Source: Octopus sinensis (Eukaryota). Taken from it: a stretch of 64,000 nucleotides of DNA. Position numbers and translations under genes: made by a program. The notes under the pieces were generated by a model. That model did no database searches, had not been told where the DNA came from, and saw only the letters and a list, made by a program, of their open reading frames with translations. Positions 1-13,750 of the stretch are shown piece by piece. The stretch lies in NCBI RefSeq assembly GCF_006345805.1, contig NC_043011.1, positions 5,270,001 through 5,334,000 of the forward strand, in the 5' to 3' direction. How positions within the stretch are numbered: position 1 is the first letter of the stretch; every line of letters starts with the position of its first letter.

Positions 1-959
1 AGCGATCTCAACCTCATCAGACAAGTTGTCAAATTTGTCCAAACAAGTGTTCTGCCTCCTAAATGCATTGAAGGATTTGCATCTGATATGAACTCAGATC
101 CAATGGGCTGGCAATGCAATACTGTAACCAAACAGCCATATCATTCCATCTACCAGAAACATGGTATATAGTCTCAGATAAACATGTGACATTTACTTTA
201 TAAAACAATGTTCATGTTGACCTTTTTATGCAAAAATTAATTACAAAGCATTATTCTACACAGCAGTATAATTTGATTAAAATTTCAAAATAGTAGATGT
301 GTCTCTTTTGTTACCATTCCAACCGAGACCAATTCTGACTACGATACAAGAATCCTGTTTTAAAGTAATCTAAATTAAAATTCTCCATCAAAATTTATGT
401 TCCAAACACCAGCTTCATAATATCAACTTTATAATGCCAAAGCTGTTCGCTAATTTTTTCACATTTTGAAAATTAATGAAAAGAATGGCAACGGTTTTCA
501 ACAAAAATACTCTATCAAAAGAGACAAAACAAACAGGTTTTAAGTAATACATGTTTTTCTCTTGTTCTCAATCTCTCTCCTTCTCTCTTGCTCTCTCCCC
601 CTTTTCTATGTCTACTTCTTTCATTCTCTCTCTCAGTCCTGGCATTACCTGTTCATTGAAACACAGTAAGGTCTCTTAAAATAAAGAACAAAGTGATTAG
701 TCTGAGAGTTAATGTTTTATGCTTTTGATACAATAAATTGTTTACAATAAAACCTATTGACACTCAGGTTTAACATACTTTGTTTTTAATAACAATAATA
801 ACAATAACAATAATAATAATAATAATATTTTAAGTTTAGTTTAAATAAGCAGTGTTATTTTGATTTCCACCACCTCTATCACCACAATAATATTAATATC
901 TAGAGAGGAGATGTGGGGTTAGACTAAATGGAAAGAGGAGTAAAAAATGATTTGGAATG

Positions 960-1522
960 AATGATGCAATAAAGAAAATAAAATGCAAAAATCAGACACC
1001 TGCATAAATTTAAATGGTCATGTAGACAGAATTCCACAGAAGGAAAGGTGTGCAAGAAAAGATTCTTCAAACTGCGCCAACTAACAGAAGACCTAAAGGG
1101 CAGACCACAAACAGGATGGTATGATATCCATGATGGCGGAAGGCTGCAAGCTAGCAGAAACATTAGCACGCTGGGTGAAATGCGTAGCCGTATTTCGTCT
1201 GCCGTTACGTTCTGAGTTCAAATTCCACCGAGGTTGACTTTGCCTTTCATCCTTTCGGGGTCGATAAATTAAGTACCAGTTATGCACTGGGGTCAATATA
1301 ATCGACTTAATCCGTTTGTCTGTCCTTGTTTTCCTATCTGTGTTTAGCCCCTTGTGGGTAGTAAAGAAATAGGTATGATAATATCCATAGTATTAACTGG
1401 TCATGCTTAGGGGCAGAGCAGTTGATTTTAATTATGGTTGCTTCTGGCAGAACCCTATGTAGGAATTGCATGAGGACTGTACCCACAACAGCCTACTTAA
1501 GAAAAAGGGCCGGTGAAAATGG
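960..1522 (+). mobile_element. Old degraded RTE-like 3' fragment interrupted by a SINE
   Basis: Fragmentary GHVDRI and RRPKGRPQTGWYD-like motifs; SINE inserted at about 1140-1374. Confidence 0.4.
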
Positions 1523-2966
1523 ATAAATCTTTTATCTTTTATTTGTTTCAGTCATGAGACCAAATTCCTGCTCGGACACTGTTTTGAAGAGTCAAATGAG
1601 TCGACCCCTGTACATTGTTTTTTAAGCTTGAAACTTATTCTATTGGTGTCTTGATGAAATGTTAAGTTACAGGATGTAAACAAACAAACAATGGATGTTA
1701 AGTTACAGGGACATAAACAAACAATGAATGTTACGGAGAAGAACAAATACAAACACACACGCACGCGCACACACACACACATGCACGCGCACACACACAC
1801 ACACACACACACCACACACACGTGGTTGTATGGCAAGAAGTTTGCTTCCCAACAACATGGTTCCAGGTTCAGTCCCACTGTGTGACACCTTGAGCAAGTG
1901 TCCTCTGCCATATAGGCCGGGGTTATTGAGAAAAGGACCTGAATATTGAGAAAAGGACCTAAATGGGATGCCTTTGATCATAGGATTGTGCAACCTGGCT
2001 TGACATGGGGCAGGGCTAAACAACAACAAAACAACAACCACATCTAGCCACCATCACAATCTGTAACACCAACTGTGCCACCACCACCAACACCAACACC
2101 ACAACAACAAAAGTTCAACTGCATCATTACCTATTTCTTTATTACCCACAAGGGGCTAAGCACAGAGGAGACAAACAAGGACAGACAAATGGATTAAGTC
2201 GATTATATCGACCCCAGTGCGTAACTGGTACTTAATTTATTGACCCCGAAAGGATGAAAGGCAAAGTCGACCTCGGCGGAATTTGAACTCACAACGTAAC
2301 GCAGACGAAATACCGCTAAGCATTTCGCCCGGCGCGCTAACGTTTCTGCCAGCTCGCCGCCTTATCAACTGCATCATCATCATCACCAACATTATCAGTG
2401 CTAACAGCAAAAAACATCCTTAGTAGTAGCAGCAGCTGCAGCACTGCCACCACCACCACCACCACCACCACCACCTCTATCGCTATTACTGTAATTGCCA
2501 CCACAAACCACCCCCATGACAATCACCACTATCATCACTACCACCACCACCAACGCCAACAACAACAACAACAACCATCACCACTACCACCACCATCACT
2601 ATCACCAGTGCCATACAAACTTCACCGCAAAGAAAACCAAGTGGCAACGACATATTTCAATATAGGCTAATTGAAATGTTTATATCAGATTATAATTTGA
2701 ATTTATGAAAAGGAAAAAAAAAAGGTAAAGGAGTAGCAAAGTTGAGAGGCGGGGGGGGGGGGATAGGAGGGCAGGAATAGTTAGTTTATACTTGTTTAGG
2801 GGGTTAATTTATATATAATGTTTACAAAGGAAATGGAACTAGAACTGACTGCTGCTGAAAGTGATTAAGAAAAAGTGGAGAGAGAGAGAGAGAGAGAAAG
2901 ATAAAGGAAAGAGAGAGAGAGAGAGAGGAAAGAAGAGAGAAGGTGTGGGGAGAGGGAGAGAGTCAA

Positions 2967-2997
<31 letters not shown>

Positions 2998-4013
2998 GAC
3001 AGTAACTGCTTTGTTAGAGGTCAATTCAGGTATGACCTTTCAGAAACTAGGATTTATTGAAGGGTTAACAAATGATGGAGGATGAAGATACCTATTTCTT
3101 TATTACCCACAAGGGGCTAAACATAGAAGGGACAAACAAGGACAGACATAGGTATTAAGTCGATTACATCGACCCCAGTGCGTAACTGGTACTTAATTTA
3201 TCGACCCCGAAAGGATGAAAGGCAAAGTCGACCTCGGCGGAATTTGAACTCACAATGTAACGAAAGACGAAAAATACGGCTACGCATTTCGCCTGGTGTG
3301 CTAACGTTTCTGCCAGCTCACCGTTCACCCGTAACATATGCTCTCAGTAACAAAAACTAAAAAAAAAAAAAAAGCCCTATGCATCTGATGGTGATGGTGA
3401 TGGTGATAATGATGAGAATTTCTGACATTGGCACAAATCTTTGAAAGGGAAGGAGGTGCTGGCACTTACCTTCTTTGTGGCCTTACTTCTAATTAATTTT
3501 GAAAAGAATAAATTTTGAATAATTTTGTAAAATCTAATAAAATAATATGTGGCTCCCTCTAGAGATGGCAATTAATACAAGGCACATAACCATCCCCTCA
3601 TACTAAGACAGATTTTTAAATTTGAAGGGTACAGGCCTTATATTGACTCAAATATGTATTTTTATGTTATTGACCCCTGTAAAAATAAAAGGCAAAAAAA
3701 TCAACATCAGTGGGATTTGAACCTAAAGAGCTACAACTAGATACTGCCAAACATTTCCTTTGATGCTCTATCAATTCTACAAAGATATCCTGGAATTAAG
3801 CTTTCCAGACCCTTCCATTCTAGACTGAGGTTCTGATTATTAATCTTTCATTAGCCCTGTTTCTGATGAAATATCTGATGTGTTTTACTTAATTTTGAAA
3901 ATGATCTGGATTTTAGAAGGATTTAATGACATAAAGAGCTTTACCATTATTGGAACATAATCTATCAAAAACGTTCTTACGTAAAATTATAGAAAATTCT
4001 AATTTAAATATAC

Positions 4014-4440
4014 TCTCTTTTCCTCTTTTACTTGTTTCAGTCATTTGACTGTGGCCATGCTGGAGCAACGCCTTTAGTCAAGCAAATCCACCCCAGGACT
4101 TATATTCTCTGTAAGCCTCGTACTTATTCTATCGGTCTCTTTTGCCGAACCACTAAGTTACGGGGATGTAAACACACCAGCATCGGTTGTTAAGTGATGT
4201 TGGGGGGACAAACACAGACACAGAAACATACACACACACACATATATATACACACACACACATATATATACACATATATATATGACGGACTTCTTTCAGT
4301 TTCCATCTAGTAAATCCACTCACAAGGCTTTGGTCGGCCTGAGGCTATAGTAGAAGACACTTGCCCAAAGTGCCACGCAGTGGGACTGAACCCGGAACCA
4401 TGTGGTTGGTATGCAAGCTACTTACCACACAGCCACTCCT
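4014..4440 (-). mobile_element. SINE family A, minus-strand representative
   Basis: Other minus copies at 8853-9202, 27027-27432, 30168-30566, 33412-33899, 34468-34886, 42062-42406, 53560-53944 and 57665-58190. Confidence 0.92.
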
Positions 4441-4553
4441 ACACCAATGGATACTTTTATCCTTTAACATTCAGATTACTTTGTCAAAGACAATGCTTAT
4501 TTATTCATATTGCTTTGAATTATTCATGCATTATTCATAAGAAGTTTGGATGT

Positions 4554-4591
<38 letters not shown>

Positions 4592-4978
4592 TTGTGTCTG
4601 TGGTTGTTCACCACCACTGCTTGACAAGCAGTATTGGTGAGGTTATGTTCCTGTAACTTAGCAGTTCAGCAAAGGAATCAATAGAATAAGTACCAGGCTT
4701 TACAAAATTTAATAAGTATTGGGGTTGATTCGTTAGACTAAAATTCTTCAAGGCAGTGCCCCAGGATGGCCACAGCCTAATGATTGAAACAAGTAAAAGA
4801 TAAAAGATAAAAAGTGTTTGTTCATTTAAAGAATGGCATTGTAACGTAGGTGTGAGAGGCCAGGTGTAGCTGATTTGAACATAAAACGAGAAGCATATTT
4901 GAGCTGGATATGACCAGTTTAAACGTTGAAATGCTCAAGGGTTGAAACAGGTCTCAAATTACTTTAGCATAGAAAGGG

Positions 4979-5206
4979 TTAACTCTTTCGTTACCAACCC
5001 GGTTGAAACTGGCTCTGGCTCTGTAGTACAAATGTCTTGTTTTCATAAGTTTTGAATTAAAATCTTCCACCAAACCTTAGTCCCAATTTATGGTCCTAAC
5101 ACAAGCTGAATGATAACTAAATTATTTTATTAAATTCTTTGTTATACTTAAGTAATTGAAAGAAATACAGAGCATCTCAAAATAAATACAGTAACAAAAG
5201 GGTTAA
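4979..5206. mobile_element. piggyBac-type MITE (about 220 bp)
   Basis: TTAA at both ends, TIR C(C/T)CTTTCGTTAC / GTAACAAAAGGG. Confidence 0.85.
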
Positions 5207-5408
5207 GTGACCCTTGGTCTCTTTCTTTTTCATAACTTCTATAGCACTTTATTTATCATCTCTTGTTTAACATGATACCAGCATGATTTAGAAGTGGTGA
5301 TGGTAAAAGGACGATGGTAAATTCGATATTTGCATATAATTTGCTAAATGCTCTTCCTGCTATTAACCACTCATCTATGTAATCAAAATGGAACCATCAT
5401 CATCAGAT

Positions 5409-5825
5409 AGGCGTAGGAGTGGCTGTGTGGTAAGTAGTTTGCTTACCAACCACATGGTTCCAGGTTCAGTCCCACTGCGTGGCACCTTGGGCAAGTGTCT
5501 TCTACGATAGCCTTGAGCCGACCAAAGCCTTGTGAGTGGATTTGGTAGACGGAAACTGAAAGAAGCCCGTCGTATATATGTATATATATATGTATATGTG
5601 TGTATATGTTTGTGTGTCTGTGTTTGTCCCCCCAACATTGCTTGACAACCGATGCTGGTGTGTTTATGTCCCTGTAACTTAATGGTTTGGCAAAAGAGAC
5701 CGCTAGAATAAGTACTAGGCTTACAAAGAATAAGTCCTGGGGTCGATTTCCTTGACTAAAGGCTGTGCTCCAGCATGGCCACAGTCACATGACTGAAACA
5801 AGTAAAAGAGTAAAGAGTAAAGAGA
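5409..5825 (+). mobile_element. SINE family A (tRNA head, CORE-like CCTTGGGCAAGT, central microsatellite, CR1-like tail); representative of more than 20 copies
   Basis: A/B-box-like head GTGGCTGTGTGGTAAG...GGTTCAGTCCC. Plus-strand copies at 6855-7278, 8400-8820, 12879-13285, 15012-15425, 24213-24602, 31182-31625, 35518-35922 and 62526-62930. Confidence 0.92.
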
Positions 5826-8800
5826 TAGGCAAATTAAGGCAAGCAGTGGAATACAAGACACCCAGTGAGCTTTTCGATTTCTTGACCACAGAGGTCAGTA
5901 AGCTATGACCCTTCAACATTCAGATTCCTCGGTTCAAATGTAAAGCTTGGACATTCACATTTTTAAAAATTAATCAAGCATTATCTCATAGCTTTGAGAT
6001 TTTGATGATGTGATTGCTTATTTTCAGAATGACTTTGTAGGGTAGGTGTAACAGGCCTGATCTGGATGGCTCAACCATAAAATAGGTGGAATATTTGGGT
6101 CAGAATGGTTAGTTTAAACACTAAAGACCAAAGCCTTGTGAGTGGATTTGGTAGACAGAAACTGAAAGAAGCCCGTCGTATATATGTATATATATACGTG
6201 TGTGTGTATATGTTTGTGTGTCTGTGTTTGTTCCCCCACCATCACTTGATGACTGATGTTGGTGTGTTTACATCCCATTAACTTAGCAGCTCAGCAAAAG
6301 TGACTGATAGAATAAGTACTAGGCTTACAAAGAGTAAGTCTTGGGGGCGATTTGTTCAACTAAAGGTGGTGCTCCAGCATGGCTGCAGTCAAATGAATGA
6401 AACAAATAAAAGAATAGAAGAAAAGAACAACAGACTATTTTTCTTCTTAAATCCTTAAATCCTTAAAAATGTTTTAGCCCGAAGGCCGCGGCCATGCTGG
6501 GGCACCACCGCTTGGTAACAATTTTATGTTAAATTAATACCAGTAACTAAGATAAACCCAATAAAATTGAATTATTCACTGGAAATCAAAAATAATTGAA
6601 GTCAATCACTTGACTCTGATCACCCTTTGTCTCACATTCATCAATTTACATAGTTTTATACACTAATAAATCCTGCTTCATCTTGTAAAATTCACTCCAT
6701 GACCATGTTTCTTCCTACAAATAAGGATATTAACTTGTGTTCAAGCTGAACATCAACCAAATCCTTCTCATCAGTCAGGTGTGGGGGTGAGTTGCAAAAT
6801 TTGTGGGCATTGCCAAGACACTCCTGATTAACACTTAAAAATATATTGAGGTATAGGCGCAGGAATGGCTGTGTGGTAAGTAGCTTGCTAACCGACCACA
6901 TGGTTCCGGGTTCAGTCCCACTGCGTGGCATCTTGGGCAAGTGTTTTCTGCTATAGCCCAGGGCCAACCAAAGCCTTGTGAGTGGATTTGGTAGACGGAA
7001 ACTGAAAGAAGCCTGTCGTATATATGTATATATATATATATATGTATGTGTGAGTATATGTTTGTGTGTCTGTGTTTGTCCCCCTAGCATTGCTTGACAA
7101 CCGATGCTGGTGTGTTTACGTCCCCGTCACTTAGCTGTTCGGCAAAAGAGACCGATAGAATAAGTACTGGGCTTACAAAGAATAAGTCCCGGGGTCGATT
7201 TGCTCGACTAAAGGTGGTGCTCCAGCATGGCCGCAGTCAAATGACTGAAACAAGTAAAAGAGTAAAAGAGTAAAGAGTATAGGTGCATTTTTCTGAATAA
7301 GTCATTCGAAAAAGTACAGAACTCAATACGTTACTGGATTATTTACCTTAATTTAGTTCTGATCTTCTTGGTCTCATGCTAACCCTAACCCTAACCCTGT
7401 TAAGACACACTCCATGTTTCATTCATCAGGGGCTGGTAAACTACAATAATCAACATTAGACCTCCCTTGTAAAAATTAAATATTACGTGAGTTGAGAAAG
7501 TGTATAATCTATGACCAAAGCTTTAAAAAATACATCCTGAAGTTAATTTGTTCAACTAGAAATCCCTTGAAGGCAGTGCCCCAGCATGGCCACAGTCAGA
7601 TGACTAAAACAAGTAAAAGATAAAACGTATAAGATAACATAGTCCAACTGGATTGTTATAACTCGAATGTTTTTAACCATAGCACTACTTAATCAAAGCT
7701 GACCTTGTAATAAATAATACCAAGCAAACTGCTTTAACATCTGTCTCCAAACTAAATGTAAACAAAAATTTTTTTGAGTTCCATTTGTAAACAAAATATT
7801 TTTGCGTTATGAATTTGATTTTAATTAAAACAAAATAGCATACATAATGTAGTAGGGTATTTGAAGAAATAAGAAGCAGATGTGTGGCTTAGAAATTCCT
7901 CTTACATATTTCCATGTACGTTCTATTGTCTTATGCAGTTACGATATGCATTGCATATGTATAGAGTTCATTCACATGTACAGGCAGTATCGTATTGTTT
8001 ATATGAAGACAGACACCTACAAACAAAAGCGTGTATATGCACACATTCATACAGACACACACAAACCATTTAATTATGCAGCTATGCCTGTATATGAGGG
8101 TGGGCAGAAAAGTTCGTAGGCTGACTATGAATGAGTGATGTTAGACCTGTGAATTCTTATTTCTTTACTGCCCAGAAGGGGCTACACACAGAGGGGACAA
8201 ACAAGGACAGACGTCTCCGTAACTTAGCGGTTCGGCAAAAAGAGACCGATAGAATAAGTACTAGGCTTACAAAGAATAAGTCCTCGGGTCGATTTGCTTG
8301 ACTAAAGGCGGTGCTCCAGCATGGCCACAGTTAAATGAATGAAACAAGTAAAAGAAAAGAAAGAAAGCTCTATTCAGGAAAATTACTAATAGTATATAGG
8401 TACAGGTGTGGCTGAGTGGTAAGTAGCTATAGGCACAGGCGTGGCTGTGTGGTAAGTAGCTTGCTTACCAACCACATGGTTCCAGGTTCAGTCCCATTGT
8501 GTGGTAGTTTCGGCAAGTGTCTTCTATTATAGCCTTGGGCCAATCAAAGCCTTATGAGTGGATTTGGTAGACGGAAACTGAAAGAAACCCGTCACATATA
8601 TATGTATATGTATGTATGTATGTCTGTATTTGTCCCCCCACCATCGCTTGGCAACTGATGTTGGCATGTTTATATCCCTGTAACTTAGCAGTTCAGCAAA
8701 AGTGACTGATAGAATAAGTACTAGGCTTACAAAGAATAAGTCCTGGGGTCGATTTGTTCAACTAAAGGTGGTGCTCCAGCATGGCCGCAGTCAAATGACT

Positions 8801-9585
8801 GAAACAAGTAAAAGAATAAAAGAAATGAACAAACAGACTATTTTTCTTCTTAGTCTTTTACTCATTTCAGTCATTTGGCTGCGACCATGCTGGAGCACCA
8901 CCTTTAGTTAAACAAATCGACCCCAGGACTTATTCTTTGTAAGCTTAGTACTTATTCTATCGGTTTCTTTTGCCGAACCGCTAAGTTACGGGGACGTAAA
9001 CACACCAGCATCGGTTGTCAAGCGATGTTGGGGGAGGGGGGCAAACACAACACACAAACATACACATATATATATATATATACATACATATATACAATGG
9101 GCTTCTTTCAGTTTCCGTCTACCAAATCCACTCACAAGGCTTTGGTCGGCCCAAGGCTATAGTAGAAAACACTTGCCCATGGTGCCACGCAGTGGGACTG
9201 AACTTGGTAACAATTTTATTTTAAATTAATACCAGTAACTAAGATAAACCCAATAAAGTTGAATTATTTAGCTGGAAATCAAAAAACTGTGACAAAGAAA
9301 AAAACAAAAACTTCACCAAATGTTAATACCCTACATTCTGCCCACAGCAGCTAATCTTGGAGAACCAGCTTTATCAGTCTCAAGAAAAGGAAAGAAAGAA
9401 AAGAGATTGTTAACAGTGCAATGTACTTCAACTGAAGCACATATCTAAATCAGCAGTAACAACTTCAAACTTATTCAGATAAGATCATTAAGGAAACAAT
9501 ATCAAAGTAATCTGGAGCTGTTTTAAATAATTATAAGGGTTCACAAAATGAATGTAAAAATATAAAATGCCATGTAAAATATACT

Positions 9586-10042
9586 TTAACCATTTCATTA
9601 CCAACCCAGCCGAAACCGCTTCTGGCTCTGAGTACAAATGTCTTGTTTTCATAAGTTTTGAATTAAAATCATCCACCAAACCTTAGTCACAATTTATGTT
9701 CCTAACACTAGCTCAATGATAACTAAGTTATTTTACTAAATTCTTTGTTATATTTAAAGTAACTGAAAGAAACACAGAGCATCTCAAAATAAATATGGTA
9801 CCAAAAGGGTCAAAATCACCATGATATTCTTAACCCTTTTGATACCAACCTGGCTCTGTAGTACAAATGTCTTGTTTTCATAAGTTTTGAATTAAAATCA
9901 TCCACCAAACCTTAGTCACAATTTATGTTCCTAACACTAGCTCAATGATAACTAAGTTATTTTACTAAATTCTTTGTTATATTTAAAGTAACTGAAAGAA
10001 ACACAGAGCATCTCAAAATAAATACAGTTATGAAAGGGTTAA
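9586..10042. mobile_element. Two adjacent copies of the same piggyBac-type MITE (9586-9812 and 9830-10042)
   Basis: Near-identical to 4979-5206, TTAA-type ends; an older copy lies near 300-530. Confidence 0.85.
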
Positions 10043-10302
10043 GACAATTGGTTTAAGACAAAGGGTTTTCTTTTTCTTGATGTAAAAGCAGATGAGTAGA
10101 AAGTATTTTGATCTGCTTGGTTAATGGGACGTGATTTCAAACCTTGTTTTACCCTAATTTGTTTTGGAATAAGATGGTTATATATATATCACCATTTCAT
10201 CAAGCTGAGAGGAATAGGTAGGCATCCTGTTTTTATTTTCTGGGAAGGTTACCCATGAAAGACTAACATCATGTCCAAGGTGGAGGAGAATTATTGCTCA
10301 TT

Positions 10303-10542
10303 TACGTAGAAGCACCATCCGAGCGTGGCCGTTCGCCAGCCTCGTCTAGCACCTGTGTCAGTGGCACGTAAAAAGCACCCACTACACTCACGGAGTGGTT
10401 GGCGTTAGGAAGGGCATCCAGCTGTAGAAACACTGCCAGATCTGTGTGGGCCTGGTGCTGCCTTCGGGCTTCCCAGACCCCAGTTGAACTGTCCAACCCA
10501 TGCTAGCATGGAAAGCGGATGTTAAACGATGATGATGATGAT
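10303..10542 (+). mobile_element. RTE 3' tail fragment
   Basis: Matches the RTE tail at 22445-22630 (GGCACGTAAAAAGCACC...GGATGTTAAACGATGATG). Further minus-strand copies near 18350-18430, 24815-24930 and 32732-32882. Confidence 0.85.
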
Positions 10543-11405
10543 GTAACAGGCACAGGTGTGGGATGTGAAGTAAGAAGTTTGCTCGCCGCACCATAAGGTC
10601 TCAGGTTCAGTCCCACACTATGACACCTTCAGCAAGATCCTTCTACTAGGGTCTCAGGCTGACCAAAGCCATTTGAATGGATCTGGTAGATGAAAACAAA
10701 CTGAAAGAAGCTTGCTATATCTTTTATCTTTTACTTGCTTCAGTCGTTAGACTGGCCATGCTGGAGCATCACCTTGAATAATTTTTAGCCAAACAAATCG
10801 ACCCCAGTTTTTTTTTTTTTTCAAGCCTGGTACTTATTCTATTGGTTTCTTATGCCGAACTGCTAAGTTATAGGGACGTAAACACACCAACACCAGTTGT
10901 CAAGTGGTTGCGGGGGACAAACACAGGCACAAAGATACACACGCACATACAACGAGCTTCTTTCAGTTTCCGTTGACCAAATTCACTCACAAGGCTTTGA
11001 TAGGAGACACTTGCTCAAGGTGCCACACAGTGGTTTGAACCCAGAACCATGTGGTTGAGAAGGAAGCTTCTTACCTCACAACTACACACACATATATGTA
11101 GGCGAGCTGGCAGAAACGTTAGCACGCTGGGCGAAATGCTTAGCGGTATTTCGTCTGCCGCTACGTTCTGAGTTCAAATTCCGCCGAGGTCAACTTTGCC
11201 TTTCATCCTTCCGGGGTCGATAAATTAAGTACCAGTTACGCACTGGGGTCGATATAATCGACTTAATCCATTTGTCTGTCCTTGTTTGTCTCCTCTGTGT
11301 GTCGCCCCTTGTGGGTAGTAAAGAAATATATATGTAGGTAAGTGTGTGTGTGTTTGTGTGTTTTTGTCTCCTTGTCTTGATTTCATATAAATTATTCTAT
11401 GATAG

Positions 11406-11576
11406 CAATAATAAATCTCTGAATGAGATGTAAACAGTAGCTGCTCGACAACGTAAAGCATACTAGCCATCTCAATATGGCCAACCACTAAGAGTGGGTG
11501 TTACTGCAGCCCTCAGCCATCAGTAACACCCACCTTTAGTGGTTGGCCATATTGAGATGGCTAGTATGCTTTACGT
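11406..11576. other. 170-bp insertion containing a 56-bp-arm hairpin, flanked by a 13-bp direct repeat
   Basis: Arms 11451-11506 and 11521-11576; TATTCTATGATAG at 11393-11405 and 11576-11588. Confidence 0.85.
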
Positions 11577-13043
11577 ATTCTATGATAGTTGTAAACAAAT
11601 GTAACCATCGTGCAAGCAGTGTCCTTTGTTTATAAATACAGTTAATGCAAACTTTAAATATTAATGCTATTGGCTGTCAGCTACAAGAATCTCCTCCAAC
11701 CGTAATAAAGAAAATATTAGATAACCCCAAATCTAAACATTTGAGTGCAAACACAATCATTTATCCTAGTTGGTTAAATATATACTTAGGTGTATATTTT
11801 GATATTGTTTGTTCCTTCTCAAGCCATGCCTGGCTTATAAGGGCCGGTTTCCCAGTTTCCTTGGTATATAGGTTCCCCACCTGGACAGGAAGCTGGTCTG
11901 TCACAGGTGAGCTGCATGATGCAGGAGGAAAGAATGAGAGAAAGTTGTGGCGAAAGAATCAGCAGAAGTTCACCATTACCTTCTGCAGGAGCCGCGTGGA
12001 TCTTAGGTGTTTCACTCATAAACACACACATCGCCTGGTCTGAGATTCGAACCTGTGATCCCTTGACCACGAGTCCGCTGCTCTAACCACTAGGCCATGT
12101 GCCTCCACATACTTTGATATAAGATTATTATATAAGCATCACATGAAACACTTAACACTAGATTTTACAAGGCCAGTAAATATATTTACATACAATGCTT
12201 TCCTTTTACTTAATACTTGTTTGTTGTTGTTTAGCCCCAGGTCAGCTTTGATCAAGCAGACTTATTATAATCAAAGGTATTGCAGCTGTGACCACCACCC
12301 TATTATTGTGTTGAAGGAAAATGTAGAAAAGGAAGACCAAGAAAATATGGGCAGAGGTAGTGAAAGCCAATCTCAGAATACTGAATTTCACAAAAGAGAT
12401 GATAAAGAGTTGCAACAAATGGTGAGACAGTGTGTTGGAAAGGATCCACCCGCCCCATGTAAGCGAGGAAAAGCAGATCTAAATGATGATGATGAAGGAT
12501 GATGAAGAGATACTGTAACGAAGACTTCATTATCTTACAAGTCATTCACTCTCTTTAAAGATAGTGGCAGGGTATGATATATATATATTTCTAGTAGGTT
12601 GAAGAACCATATACAGGAATTTTTTTGTAATCAAATAAGTAGATATATAGATAAACTATATATGCTATAAAAGCATTAATAATGATAGAGGTTAACAAAA
12701 TTAGTAACTTACTTATGTTTGCAAAAAAAAAAAAAAAAAAATGAAAAGAAAAAAGAAATTATAATCAAGTTCAAGAGGGCAAGTCAGCCTTTTGACGTGT
12801 AGTTGTTCAAATAACTATTTCATAATTACTTAATAACATTCACCTGTTTAAAATAAGAAAGCAACATTTTGTTTTCACAGTGGCTGTGTGGTAAGTAGCT
12901 TGCTAACCAACCACTTGGTTCCGGGTTCAGTCCCACTGCGTGGCACCTTGGGCAAGTGTCTTCTGCTATAGCCCCGGGCTGACCAATGCCTTGTGAGTGG
13001 ATTTGGTAGACGGAAACTGAAAGGAGCCTGTCGTATATATGTG

Positions 13044-13074
<31 letters not shown>

Positions 13075-13339
13075 TTGTTTGTCTGTGTTTGTCCCCCTAG
13101 CATTGCTTGACAACCGATGCTGGCATGTTTACGTCCCCGTCACTTAGCGGTTCGGCAAATGAGACCGATAGAATAAGTACTAGGCTTACAAAGAATAAGT
13201 CCTGGGGTCAATTTGCTCGACTAAAGGCGGTGCTCCAGCATGGCCGCAGTCAAAATGACTGAAACAAGTAAAAGAGAGTAAAGAGATTAATACACAACAA
13301 CAGAACTTTAACTGAGGTTAGCAAAGGAACCAGGGTATA

Positions 13340-13750
13340 TGAAGATGCTGAAGTCAGTGAGACAGACTGAGCCAATAAGGATGGTTGAGTCAAGGAGGGT
13401 GAATTGATCTAACATGGAAAATTGAAGCAAATAGGGAAACTGAGCCAACAAGATTGAAGCAACCAGAAAGATTAGAGCTAATGGAGATTGAACGAAGAAA
13501 GAAGATTAGAGCCAACGAGGGTGACTGAAGCAACAAAGAAGATTACAGCCATTTACAGGGATTGACCAAACAAGGAAGATTAGAGCGAATGAGAGAGACT
13601 GAACCAATGAGGGAGACTGGGTCAGTAAGAAAGGGATATAGAGCCAAAACTGATGAGTGAGATTAAGCCTGTGAGAGAAATTGAGCCAACATTGGAGCTT
13701 GAATTAGTGAAGAAGTCAGAAGGAGACTTAGTGAGTGAGACTGAGTCAGT
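13340..13750. repeat. Degenerate purine-rich minisatellite, about 20-21 bp period
   Basis: Recurrent GATT(A)GAGC(C)AA / GACTGAGCCAA motifs. Confidence 0.65.

Noticed and set aside
3462-3520. Strong minus-strand splice donor (AG/GTAAGT) as a possible CDO exon
   Set aside because: The upstream reading frame has no CDO similarity and no clear acceptor.
5375-5638. Recurrent ORFs MLGGQTQTH.../MSSNARGTNT... suggesting a gene family
   Set aside because: Antisense translations of SINE A copies.
7379-7398. Telomere or chromosome-fusion site
   Set aside because: Only about three CCCTAA units; similar short tracts occur within DNA transposons in this window.
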